From positions 63,900-127,899 of the forward strand of contig DVNW01000021.1 of assembly GCA_018714105.1 (NCBI GenBank): a DNA stretch of 64,000 nt. Reading direction: 5' to 3'. Position numbers and translations under genes: made by a program. Below are positions 25,901-34,647 of this stretch, in pieces. This DNA comes from Candidatus Faecicola pullistercoris (GTDB lineage: Bacteria; Bacillota; Clostridia; Christensenellales; CAG-917). The notes under the pieces were generated by a model. That model saw only the letters and a list, made by a program, of their open reading frames with translations, searched no databases and had not been told where the DNA came from. The number at the start of each line of letters is the position of its first letter. Within the stretch, counting starts at the first letter, position 1.

Positions 25901-28900
25901 ATGGCGCAGAATGTTAAAGAGCAACCCAAAACAACGGAAAATATTGTAGAAATCTCGCTGGATTGCAGCAGCGTGGTAAGTTATTTCAGTATCCAGAACG
26001 ACATCAGTCCTATTAAACGCCTGTATCTAAAAAATACTTCGGCGGAAGACATAGAGGGCGTAAAAATAAAGGTTACGTCAACGCCCGATTTTATCATACC
26101 GTTCGAAACGGAACAAAGCGTTCTGCCCCGCAAGACGAACCTCAAATTCGAACTGCCCGTCAAGCTGTCGCCTCTGTTTATGGTGGCGGCGGACAGACGC
26201 ACCGAGGGCGAACTGACCGTGGAAGTTATTGCGGAGGACAAAGTCGTAGCGTCAAAAAGCTGTAAGACGGACATACTGGCTTACAACGAGTGCAATTACG
26301 GGCTTAATCCCGAGTCGGTAGCGTCTTTCGTAAAGCGCACGGCGCAGATAAATTCGCTTATTACCGAAATAAGTCAAAAACTCAAAAACTGGAATTTCGA
26401 TTCGTACGGCGGTTACAACGGCAACCGCAACAACGTAAGAAACTATTTTGCCGCTTGTTTCAGCGTTTTGTCGGACAAGCATTTTATCGATTGCGGAAGC
26501 AGTTCTTCAGGCGACAGCGAAATGGTGCAGAGTCATAAGGAGATTTTGGCTTCCAAGGTTGCCACTCCGCTCGAAACCGCGCTGTTGCTGGCGTCGCTTA
26601 TCGAGGCTAACGGCCAGAATGCGGTGATTGCAAAAATAGACGGCAAATGGTTTACCGGCGTCTTTTTGGTAAACGAATGTCTGCCCATGGTCGTAAGCGA
26701 CGACGCGGACACTATCATCAAAAAGGCCGAAAAAGGGGTGAACGATTTTACTCTCGTGAGTGTGGCCGACGTATTTACGGGGCTGGCCTTCGACAAGGCC
26801 GAAAAGAGCGCGCTGGCGTTTTTGCGAAAGGCGCAGACGGTCGATTTTATCGTAGACGTAAAGCGCGCGCGCATTATGCATATATATCCGCTGCCCGAGA
26901 GGGTTTCGGGTAAGAACGGATACGACCTTGTAAGCAGCAAGGATTACGTTACCTCCGTCGCGCCGAAGCAGATTACCGAATATAAAGGAGACGTGGCGGG
27001 GCAAAAGGAAATCAACCGTATCACCCAGTGGGAAAGACGCCTGCTCGATATGGATATGAGAAACGCCTTGCTGAATTTCAAGGACTCCAAAACGGCGGTG
27101 AAGCTGCTGGTGCCCGGACTTGACGATTTCGTGGCCGCAATGTGGGAGAACAGAACCTACGTTCTGGACCCCAAACCGAAAGACGGCGCGGCCGCTCTGG
27201 AAAAGATAACCGAGGGTTTTGAAAGAAGCAGTTTCTTAAAGCCTTTTGCCGATTACGTGGTTTATGAGTACAAAAATAAACGGTTATTATCCGTTTACGA
27301 TAAGAAAGAACACGACGCCACTCTTCTGAGGCTGTTCAGGAAAGAGTGTTCGATACAGGAAGAAACGGGTACCATGACGCTTTATCTGGCGGCAGGGTTT
27401 TTAAAATGGAAGGAAGACGAAAACGCCGAAGAAAAATACGCGCCTCTTTTGCTGTATCCCGTATCCATGACAAAAAAAGGCGTAGCCGTCCCCGTTTACA
27501 CGCTTGACGTCAACGTCGACGATATCCGCCTGAACAGTACTCTGCTTGAATTTTTGTATCAGGAGTTTAACCTCGATATCAGAGGGCTTGCCACCGTGGA
27601 GCTCGATTCGCAACAGGCCGTAATGTCCATAATAGCAAGGCTGAAAAGGGAAATAGTCGGCTTTAAGGGTTGGGAAATTCTGGGCAACGTCTTTCTGTCG
27701 AGTCTGTCGTTTGCGAATTACCAGCTTTGGTACGACGTCAAATACCGTTCGGACAGGTTCAGGGAACACCCGATTATCAATTCTCTTATCAACAACAAGC
27801 TCGAACTGCCGTCCGACGCCTTCGATTTGTCCGAACGCAGCAGCGACGAGGCCTATACGGCCGAGGAACGCATGTATCTGCCCATATCGGCCGATTCGTC
27901 GCAGTACAGCGCCATATACGACAGCCTTTCCAAGAGTTTTGTTCTTCACGGGCCTCCCGGCACGGGTAAATCGCAGACCATTACCAACATTATAGCCAAT
28001 AACATCGTCAGGGGCAGGAGGGTGCTGTTCGTAGCCGAGAAGATGGCCGCGCTTTCCGTCGTTCACCATCGCCTGCAAACCATAGGCCTGGGGGATTTCT
28101 GTCTGGAACTGCATTCCAACAAAACCAACAAAAATACCGTTCTGGCGCAGATTGTCAATACTCTGTCGCTGGCGGACCAGCCGCAGGAAAACCTTAGCGA
28201 CGACAAACTTGCCGACATCAACGCGGCGGTAGATAAATTACAGAAAGAACTCGACGCCATTCACCGCAAACGCTATCTGGGAATATCCCTTTATCAGGCG
28301 ATACTGGGATACTTTGAAAATCAGGATTCGCCCGACTGCCTGCGTATAGACAGTCTGTTTTACGAAAAACTCGTAGAAAGCTCGTTTGCCAAATATCTCG
28401 ATATTCTTACGGAGCTGACGCTGCGGGCAAAAGAGTGCGGCAATATAGAAAAATCGCCGTTCAGGCACATAGGCGGATTTGTCTACGACGAAAAATGGAA
28501 CGCGCAGGGCAGCGCCGTTTTGGAAATCTACGGCATGGAGCTCAGACATCTCAGACAATACGCAAGAAGTCTGCTTCCTTTGTTCAACATGCGCACGGTA
28601 TCGCTTACGCAGGTCAAACTTAAAGCTTTGTACGATATATGCGAGGCGCTTAAAGAGGATTACGTGGCGCGTTATTTCAAGTCGTCCGATAGCCTTAAAA
28701 ATCCCAAAGGAATAGTCGATTCGTATATAGAAGCCGGTAAAAAATCGCAGATAATGATGAGCGAATATACCGCGCGTTACGGCATTTTCCCCACCTCGGT
28801 GTCCGAGGAGGAACTCGAAGAAGCCGTAAACAAAGGCAATTACGGCAGAAACCTCAAAAAGGCCGTTCCGTCCTCGGTGGATAAGAAGGACAGGCACGCC

Positions 28901-31552
28901 TTCGCCGAATTTCTGCTGCGTTGCGTCAAGACCGGACAGGTGCGCGCAAAGAGGGCGTCCGAGCTTGCAGGCATACTGGGAGTGGACGTTTCCGACGCAG
29001 CCACGCTGGACAGGTGCGCCGAGCGGCTCGATAAACTGTACCGCGACGCCGAAAGACTGTATGCCGAACTCAATACCGAACTTTTCAACCAAAGCTGCGC
29101 GCAGATAGTCAGGTACGGATACAATTCTTTCACCGAGTACTATATGTACGCTTACGAAAACTGCATGCGTGCGGAAGGAGCTTTCTGCGAAATATTCAAC
29201 ACGTCAGGGTACAGCGGCGGTAACGATCTCAACGCAAAAATCGAGTACATAGCCAACATACAAAAGAATTTCGGCTATATTCCCAACTGGTGCAGGTATC
29301 AGGAAATAGTTGAAAAGTGCCGTCAGAGCGGCCTCGATTTCGTGCTTGAACCGCTAAGCGAAGGCGAAATTTCGGCGGCGGACGTGCTCAGATGCTTCAA
29401 AAAGTGCGTATATCTTAATTTTATCCGCAGCGAGCTTCTGCTCGACGACGAGCTTTGCCAGTTCTCGGGACTTACGCTCGAAGAAACGGCAAACCGCTTC
29501 AAGGACCTCGCCGACGAGTACGAACGCCTTACCAGAACGGAGCTTTACAACAAGCTGGTGGCAAATATACCGCGTCCCGAAAGCGAGGGCGAACACAATC
29601 TGGAAAGGGTACTGCTGATGAGAGCGGAGAAATCCAACATGAAGGGTACTACGCTTCGCAATCTCTTTGCAAAAATACCCAATCTTTTAAAAGCCTGCTG
29701 TCCGTGTATGCTTATGAGTCCCACTTCGGTAACTCAGTTTCTGGACATAGACCTTGAAAAATTCGACCTCGTGATTTTCGACGAAGCGTCGCAGATTCCC
29801 ACTTGTAAAGCGGTTGGCAGCATCGTGCGCGCCAAAAACGTTATCGTTGTAGGCGACCCGCAACAGCTTCCGCCCACTACCTTTTTCAGCGCGGACTATA
29901 AAGACGACGAACATTACGAAGTCGAGGACCTCGAAAGCATACTCGAAGACTGTCTTGCTCTCGGCATGCCGCAGAATTACCTGTCCTGGCACTATCGCTC
30001 GCTTCATGAAAGCCTTATCGCTTTTTCTAACGCCATGTTCTACAACAACGGGCTGCATACTTTCCCGTCGCCGAACGAGCTTAACAGCAAAGTGTCCTTT
30101 AAATACATCGACGGCATTTACGAGCGCGGCGGTACCAAATACAATAAAAAGGAAGGCGACGAGCTGGTGGCCGACGTCATCGCGCGACTTAAAAACCCCG
30201 CGGAGAAAAAACACAGCATAGGCATAGTTACCTTTAACACGGCTCAGCAGATTTACATAGAAAATCAGCTTGCCAAGCGCATACACGAATGCGGTCTGGA
30301 CGCGGCGGCTTACGACGTCGACGAGCCGCTTTTCGTAAAGAACCTGGAAAACGTTCAGGGCGACGAGAGAGACGTTATTCTGTTCAGCGTGGGATACGGC
30401 CCCGATAAGAACGGCAGACTTTCGCTCAATTTCGGCCCCATAAACCAGAGCGGCGGATACAAGCGTCTTAACGTAGCCGTAACGCGTGCGCGCTGTGAAA
30501 TGGTCGTATACAGCGCGATTACCGGCAATATGATAGACCTCAGCCGTACCACAAGTAAGGGCGTCGAGTGTCTTAAAGCGTTCCTCGAATATGCCGAACG
30601 CGGCAAGGAAATGCTTGCTTTCGACAGTAAGGATATCACGGGCAGAGCGGCGGGTATCGGCGAGCTTATAGGAAAAGAACTTAAAGACAGGGGAATTCTG
30701 TGCGACTATAACGTGGGAGTTTCCGATTTCAAAATCGACGTCGCCGTGGTGGATCCCAAAAACAAGGATAAATACATTCTCGCAATCATCGCGGACAGCG
30801 AAAACAGCGTAAAACTCAAAGGAGTCAAGGACCGCGTAAGCATGCAGACGAAAATTCTGCGTAAGCTCGGCTGGAATATCTATCAGCTGTGGACGGTGAA
30901 TTATTTCAACAATCCGCGCAGGGAAATTGCCAAGATAAAGGATTATATAGCCACGCTCACGCAGAAGAGAGTGCTGAGCAAAAAAGTCATACGCGATACC
31001 GTTGCAAAATACCGCGTGCCCTATAAGGCGTATCCTTATAAACCCATGACAAGGCAGGGAACGGATTTCGTGCTGGATATCGCCAACGAGGAAAAAATCA
31101 AGGAAAGAATCCGCGCCGTTATCGACAGGGAATCGCCGGTGGAAGGGCATTATCTGTTCGACAAACTGCTGAATATGTACAATATCCCGGCTAACGCAAA
31201 AAGAGCTTCGGCCGCCCTTGCCGCATTTCTGGCAGACTTCGACAATTTCAAAAAGACGGTTGACGGCAAAGTATTCTACGTGGACAAGCCCGTCGATACC
31301 TTCAGACCTTCGGATGGCAAAATAAAAAGGGATATAGCCAAAGTGTATCCCGATGAGATAATAGCCGCGGTAAAATGCGCGGTGGAAAGCAACATAGGCC
31401 TGGATAAAGAAGCCGTTGTCAAGGAGGTAATCAATCTGTTCGGTTACGGCAAGAAGACTAAGTCGGCGGCAGACTGGATTAACCGCGCGATAGAAAACGC
31501 CGTGAACGAACACGTGCTTATGATAACGGTGGACGGAGTGCTTTCCACTTAA
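25901..31552 (+). CDS. hheA: 1883-aa DUF4011-type SF1 (Upf1-like) helicase with C-terminal restriction-endonuclease-like and DUF3320-like regions; HheA-like
   Basis: RBS aaggag. WERRLLDMDMRNALLNFK (DUF4011 hallmark), Walker A LHGPPGTGKSQT (about aa 684), Walker B VIFDEASQ (about aa 1291), VVGDPQQLPPT, HYRSLHESLI, NVQGDERDVILFS, RLNVAVTRAR, then GILCDYNVGVSDFKIDVAVVDPKNKDKYILAIIADS. The hheA symbol is tentative and comes from remembered architecture only. Confidence 0.7.
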   Translation: MAQNVKEQPKTTENIVEISLDCSSVVSYFSIQNDISPIKRLYLKNTSAEDIEGVKIKVTSTPDFIIPFETEQSVLPRKTNLKFELPVKLSPLFMVAADRRTEGELTVEVIAEDKVVASKSCKTDILAYNECNYGLNPESVASFVKRTAQINSLITEISQKLKNWNFDSYGGYNGNRNNVRNYFAACFSVLSDKHFIDCGSSSSGDSEMVQSHKEILASKVATPLETALLLASLIEANGQNAVIAKIDGKWFTGVFLVNECLPMVVSDDADTIIKKAEKGVNDFTLVSVADVFTGLAFDKAEKSALAFLRKAQTVDFIVDVKRARIMHIYPLPERVSGKNGYDLVSSKDYVTSVAPKQITEYKGDVAGQKEINRITQWERRLLDMDMRNALLNFKDSKTAVKLLVPGLDDFVAAMWENRTYVLDPKPKDGAAALEKITEGFERSSFLKPFADYVVYEYKNKRLLSVYDKKEHDATLLRLFRKECSIQEETGTMTLYLAAGFLKWKEDENAEEKYAPLLLYPVSMTKKGVAVPVYTLDVNVDDIRLNSTLLEFLYQEFNLDIRGLATVELDSQQAVMSIIARLKREIVGFKGWEILGNVFLSSLSFANYQLWYDVKYRSDRFREHPIINSLINNKLELPSDAFDLSERSSDEAYTAEERMYLPISADSSQYSAIYDSLSKSFVLHGPPGTGKSQTITNIIANNIVRGRRVLFVAEKMAALSVVHHRLQTIGLGDFCLELHSNKTNKNTVLAQIVNTLSLADQPQENLSDDKLADINAAVDKLQKELDAIHRKRYLGISLYQAILGYFENQDSPDCLRIDSLFYEKLVESSFAKYLDILTELTLRAKECGNIEKSPFRHIGGFVYDEKWNAQGSAVLEIYGMELRHLRQYARSLLPLFNMRTVSLTQVKLKALYDICEALKEDYVARYFKSSDSLKNPKGIVDSYIEAGKKSQIMMSEYTARYGIFPTSVSEEELEEAVNKGNYGRNLKKAVPSSVDKKDRHAFAEFLLRCVKTGQVRAKRASELAGILGVDVSDAATLDRCAERLDKLYRDAERLYAELNTELFNQSCAQIVRYGYNSFTEYYMYAYENCMRAEGAFCEIFNTSGYSGGNDLNAKIEYIANIQKNFGYIPNWCRYQEIVEKCRQSGLDFVLEPLSEGEISAADVLRCFKKCVYLNFIRSELLLDDELCQFSGLTLEETANRFKDLADEYERLTRTELYNKLVANIPRPESEGEHNLERVLLMRAEKSNMKGTTLRNLFAKIPNLLKACCPCMLMSPTSVTQFLDIDLEKFDLVIFDEASQIPTCKAVGSIVRAKNVIVVGDPQQLPPTTFFSADYKDDEHYEVEDLESILEDCLALGMPQNYLSWHYRSLHESLIAFSNAMFYNNGLHTFPSPNELNSKVSFKYIDGIYERGGTKYNKKEGDELVADVIARLKNPAEKKHSIGIVTFNTAQQIYIENQLAKRIHECGLDAAAYDVDEPLFVKNLENVQGDERDVILFSVGYGPDKNGRLSLNFGPINQSGGYKRLNVAVTRARCEMVVYSAITGNMIDLSRTTSKGVECLKAFLEYAERGKEMLAFDSKDITGRAAGIGELIGKELKDRGILCDYNVGVSDFKIDVAVVDPKNKDKYILAIIADSENSVKLKGVKDRVSMQTKILRKLGWNIYQLWTVNYFNNPRREIAKIKDYIATLTQKRVLSKKVIRDTVAKYRVPYKAYPYKPMTRQGTDFVLDIANEEKIKERIRAVIDRESPVEGHYLFDKLLNMYNIPANAKRASAALAAFLADFDNFKKTVDGKVFYVDKPVDTFRPSDGKIKRDIAKVYPDEIIAAVKCAVESNIGLDKEAVVKEVINLFGYGKKTKSAADWINRAIENAVNEHVLMITVDGVLST

Positions 31553-31569
31553 TCGGTTTAAAACAAATA

Positions 31570-31604
31570 AAAGGAACGGGGTTGTCCCGTTCCTTTATTT
31601 TTAT
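31570..31604. terminator. bidirectional terminator between the helicase gene and glnN copy 2
   Basis: aaaggaacggg-gttgt-cccgttccttt flanked by A/T runs on both sides. Confidence 0.8.
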
Positions 31605-31611
31605 GCTATGG

Positions 31612-33708
31612 TTATTTTACGCTGAACAGCAACTCGCCGTAAGTCGGGAACGGCCAGAATTTTGCGGCGGTGTTGAGTTCCATTTCGTCGGCTACCGCCC
31701 GAAGTTCTTTCATTGCGGGGATCACTCTGTCGCGATAGCTTTCGGCCGCTTTTGCTCCTTCGCCGAATCCGTGAGTTTCAAAGAGCGCGGTTTCCAGAAG
31801 TTTGAGTTTTTTGCTTCCGCTGGAATACAGTCCGCTCAGTTTTGCCACGAGGGCGGTCTCTTCCTCGGAGGATATGAAATTGTCTACCGCGCGCTTTGCG
31901 GCGATTTCTTCGCAAAGCTCTTTGATGTATTCGCTTACTGCGGGCAGAATTTCCTTTTTCATCATATCCGACATGGTAAGAGCCTCGATATTCATTACCT
32001 TGCAGTAGTTTTCGGTAAGAATTTCCTGCCTGGACCTGAGTTCGGCTTCGGTAAAGACGCCGTGCCGAGCAAACAGAGCCATGTTCTTTTCAAAAGTGTA
32101 GCACGGGAGTACGTCGGCCGTGCTCTTGTAATTGAGTAAGCCGCGTTTACCCGCTTCTTCCAGCCACTCTGCCGAGTAGTTGTTGCCGTTGAAGATGATG
32201 CGTTTGTGAGCCTTTATGGTTTTTCTTATTATTCTGGTGATGGCGTCGTTAAAGTTTTCGTCGCTGTTTTCAAGCTCGTCCGCAAATATTTTCAGCGTAT
32301 CGGCAACGGCCGTGTTTATAACGGTGTTGGAATCGGCAATCGAAAAGGCCGAACCCAGCATCCTGAACTCGAATTTGTTGCCCGTAAACGCAAAAGGAGA
32401 GGTGCGGTTTCTGTCCGTGCTGTCCTTAGGCAGCTGGGGCATGACGTGCACGCCTATTTCCACGTTGCATTTCGCTCTGCGGCTGTAAGTGCGGTCTTCT
32501 TCAATTGCCGAAAGAATACCGTCCAGCTCCTCGCCGAGATATATCGAAACGATTGCGGGCGGCGCTTCGTTGGCTCCCAGTCTGTGGTCGTTGCCCGCGC
32601 TTGCCGCCGTCAGCCTCAACAAATCCTGATAGTCGTCAACGGCCTTGATTACCGCCGACAGGAACAGCAGGAACTGAGCGTTGTCGTACGGGCTGTTTCC
32701 GGGTTCGAGCAGGTTAATGCCCGTATCGGTGGAAAGCGACCAATTATTATGTTTACCGCTTCCGTTTACGCCTTCAAACGGCTTTTCGTGCAAAAGACAC
32801 GTGAGTCCGTGACGCACGGCAACCTTTTTCATGACCTCCATGGTAAGCTGATTGTGGTCGTTGGCTATGCTTGTAGGCGTATATATGGGCGCCAGCTCGT
32901 GCTGCGAGGGAGCAACTTCGTTATGCTTGGTTTTGGCCGAAATGCCGAGTTTCCAAAGTTCCTCGTCAAGGTCCTTCATGTATGCGGCTACGCGCGGTTT
33001 GATCGCGCCGAAGTAGTGGTCTTCCAGTTCCTGTCCTTTCGGGGGACGGGCGCCGAACAGCGTCCTGCCCGTGTACATTATATCCTTGCGCATGCCGCAG
33101 ATTTTGCCGTCGATAAGGAAATATTCCTGCTCGGGCCCCGCGGTGGGAATAACTTTTTTAACGTCGTTCTTTCCGAAAAGGCGCAGTATCCTCAATGCCT
33201 GTTTATTGATGGCTTCGATGGACTTTAAAAGAGGGGTTTTTTTGTCGAGGGCCTCGCCCGTGTAAGAGCAGAACGCAGTCGGAATACACAGTATTCCGTC
33301 TTTTATGAACGCGTAGGACGTCGGATCCCATGCTGTATATCCGCGCGCCTCGAAAGTCGCCCTGAGCCCGCCCGACGGAAAGGACGAAGCGTCGGGTTCG
33401 CCTTTAATAAGCTCCTTGCCGGAAAACTCCATTATAACCCTTCCGTCGCTTGTGGGGCTGATGAACGAATCGTGCTTTTCGGCGGTTACGCCCGTCATGG
33501 GCTGGAACCAATGCGTATAATGAGTTACGCCTTTTTCGATGGCCCAATCCTTCATGGCGCCGGCAACGACGTCAGCGACTTCGCGCGATAAGCTTCTGTC
33601 CTCGGCTATGCATTTTTTTAGCTCGTTATAAGTTGCGGCAGGCAGCCGTTTTTTCATAACCGCGTCGTTAAACGCCATCGAGCCGAATATTTCCGACATA
33701 GGAACCAT
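31612..33708 (-). CDS. glnN: glutamine synthetase type III (698 aa), copy 2
   Basis: Same length and motifs as 15405-17501. Long identical peptide stretches ([40 protein letters not shown]) but many synonymous differences at the DNA level. Confidence 0.9.
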   Translation of the reverse strand: MVPMSEIFGSMAFNDAVMKKRLPAATYNELKKCIAEDRSLSREVADVVAGAMKDWAIEKGVTHYTHWFQPMTGVTAEKHDSFISPTSDGRVIMEFSGKELIKGEPDASSFPSGGLRATFEARGYTAWDPTSYAFIKDGILCIPTAFCSYTGEALDKKTPLLKSIEAINKQALRILRLFGKNDVKKVIPTAGPEQEYFLIDGKICGMRKDIMYTGRTLFGARPPKGQELEDHYFGAIKPRVAAYMKDLDEELWKLGISAKTKHNEVAPSQHELAPIYTPTSIANDHNQLTMEVMKKVAVRHGLTCLLHEKPFEGVNGSGKHNNWSLSTDTGINLLEPGNSPYDNAQFLLFLSAVIKAVDDYQDLLRLTAASAGNDHRLGANEAPPAIVSIYLGEELDGILSAIEEDRTYSRRAKCNVEIGVHVMPQLPKDSTDRNRTSPFAFTGNKFEFRMLGSAFSIADSNTVINTAVADTLKIFADELENSDENFNDAITRIIRKTIKAHKRIIFNGNNYSAEWLEEAGKRGLLNYKSTADVLPCYTFEKNMALFARHGVFTEAELRSRQEILTENYCKVMNIEALTMSDMMKKEILPAVSEYIKELCEEIAAKRAVDNFISSEEETALVAKLSGLYSSGSKKLKLLETALFETHGFGEGAKAAESYRDRVIPAMKELRAVADEMELNTAAKFWPFPTYGELLFSVK

Positions 33709-33832
33709 GGTGTTTCTCCTTAATCAAAAACTTATTTTTAATATTTTAGCATACAGAAGAGTTCTTTCGCAATACAATTTGCGCAATTTGAACAATTTTG
33801 CCGTAAGTATAATCAAAAAACGCACTGATAGT

Positions 33833-34489
33833 TCAGTCGTCTTCCATCAGATCCTCGTTTTTGATGCTGTAAGGCATGTTGAGATGGCGCCACATGGCTA
33901 ACAGGCGTATTGCCGTTACCACGAACGGAGTGATTACCGACGCCATATTAAGCGAAACGAACCTGTTGAGCACGTAAAACAGCAGAGTGCCTATAATTGC
34001 GGCAACGGCGTAAATTTCCTTTCTCATAACGACGGGCCTTCTGCCCGCAAGTAAATCGCGCATGATGCCGCCTCCTACCGCGGTAATCGTGCCTACGAAA
34101 ATCACAAGCCATAAATTGCCTGCATATCCGGTAGTTACCGCCGCTGAACAGCCTACCGCGGTAAAAACGCCCAGGCCGAACGCGTCGAACACCATAATGT
34201 ACGTTTTCATGACCTTTATATCGTGAAGCCTGAGTTTTGTGTCGAACGCTTTGAACAGTACGAGCGACAATGTAGCCGATATCATGGTTACCACTATGGG
34301 CACGGGGTCGGTAAACGGAACGGGCGGAGTAATTCCCAGCACGAGGTCGCGTACTATACCGCCTCCCATCGAACAGCAAATGGATACGACGTAAATCCCG
34401 AATATGTCGAGTTTGTATTCTATTCCTACAAGTACTCCGGCTATCGCAAAGGCAAACAGGCCTATGATTTCGAGTATTTTGAACAACAT
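33833..34489 (-). CDS. TRIC/UPF0126 family membrane protein (trimeric intracellular cation channel-like)
   Basis: Start at MLFKILEIIGLFAFAIAG. Duplicated GGGIVRDLVLG / GGGIMRDLLAG motifs. Confidence 0.75.
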   Translation of the reverse strand: MLFKILEIIGLFAFAIAGVLVGIEYKLDIFGIYVVSICCSMGGGIVRDLVLGITPPVPFTDPVPIVVTMISATLSLVLFKAFDTKLRLHDIKVMKTYIMVFDAFGLGVFTAVGCSAAVTTGYAGNLWLVIFVGTITAVGGGIMRDLLAGRRPVVMRKEIYAVAAIIGTLLFYVLNRFVSLNMASVITPFVVTAIRLLAMWRHLNMPYSIKNEDLMEDD

Positions 34490-34647
34490 AAAACAATCCT
34501 CTGGGTTTTTCGGTGATATTATAATTAAAAGCGGACGTTTTGGCAACCGTTTAGGCATATATTTTATATGCAATATAAAAAGATTGAGTCCGCCTGTTGT
34601 GTTGAAAGGATTAATGTGTTATAATTTTTTAAAAGGAAGGACGCACG

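Noticed and set aside
29687-31513. A 608-aa ORF antisense to the helicase gene. Similar long shadow ORFs lie at 17277-18479, 35227-36423, 56381-57637, 61504-62526, 32206-33228 and 37229-37945.
   Set aside because: Each lies exactly opposite a gene with clear family motifs and has no RBS. Their translations are low-complexity (rich in R, F, V, H and G) with no recognisable domains. They are best explained by the sense genes avoiding the codons TTA, CTA and TCA, which removes stops from the codon-aligned antisense frame.
33709-33832. A TnrA/GlnR-type operator (TGTNA-N7-TNACA) upstream of glnN copy 2.
   Set aside because: The repeated caaatt/attgcg motifs near 33770-33800 do not fit the consensus spacing or half-sites, so no call is made.
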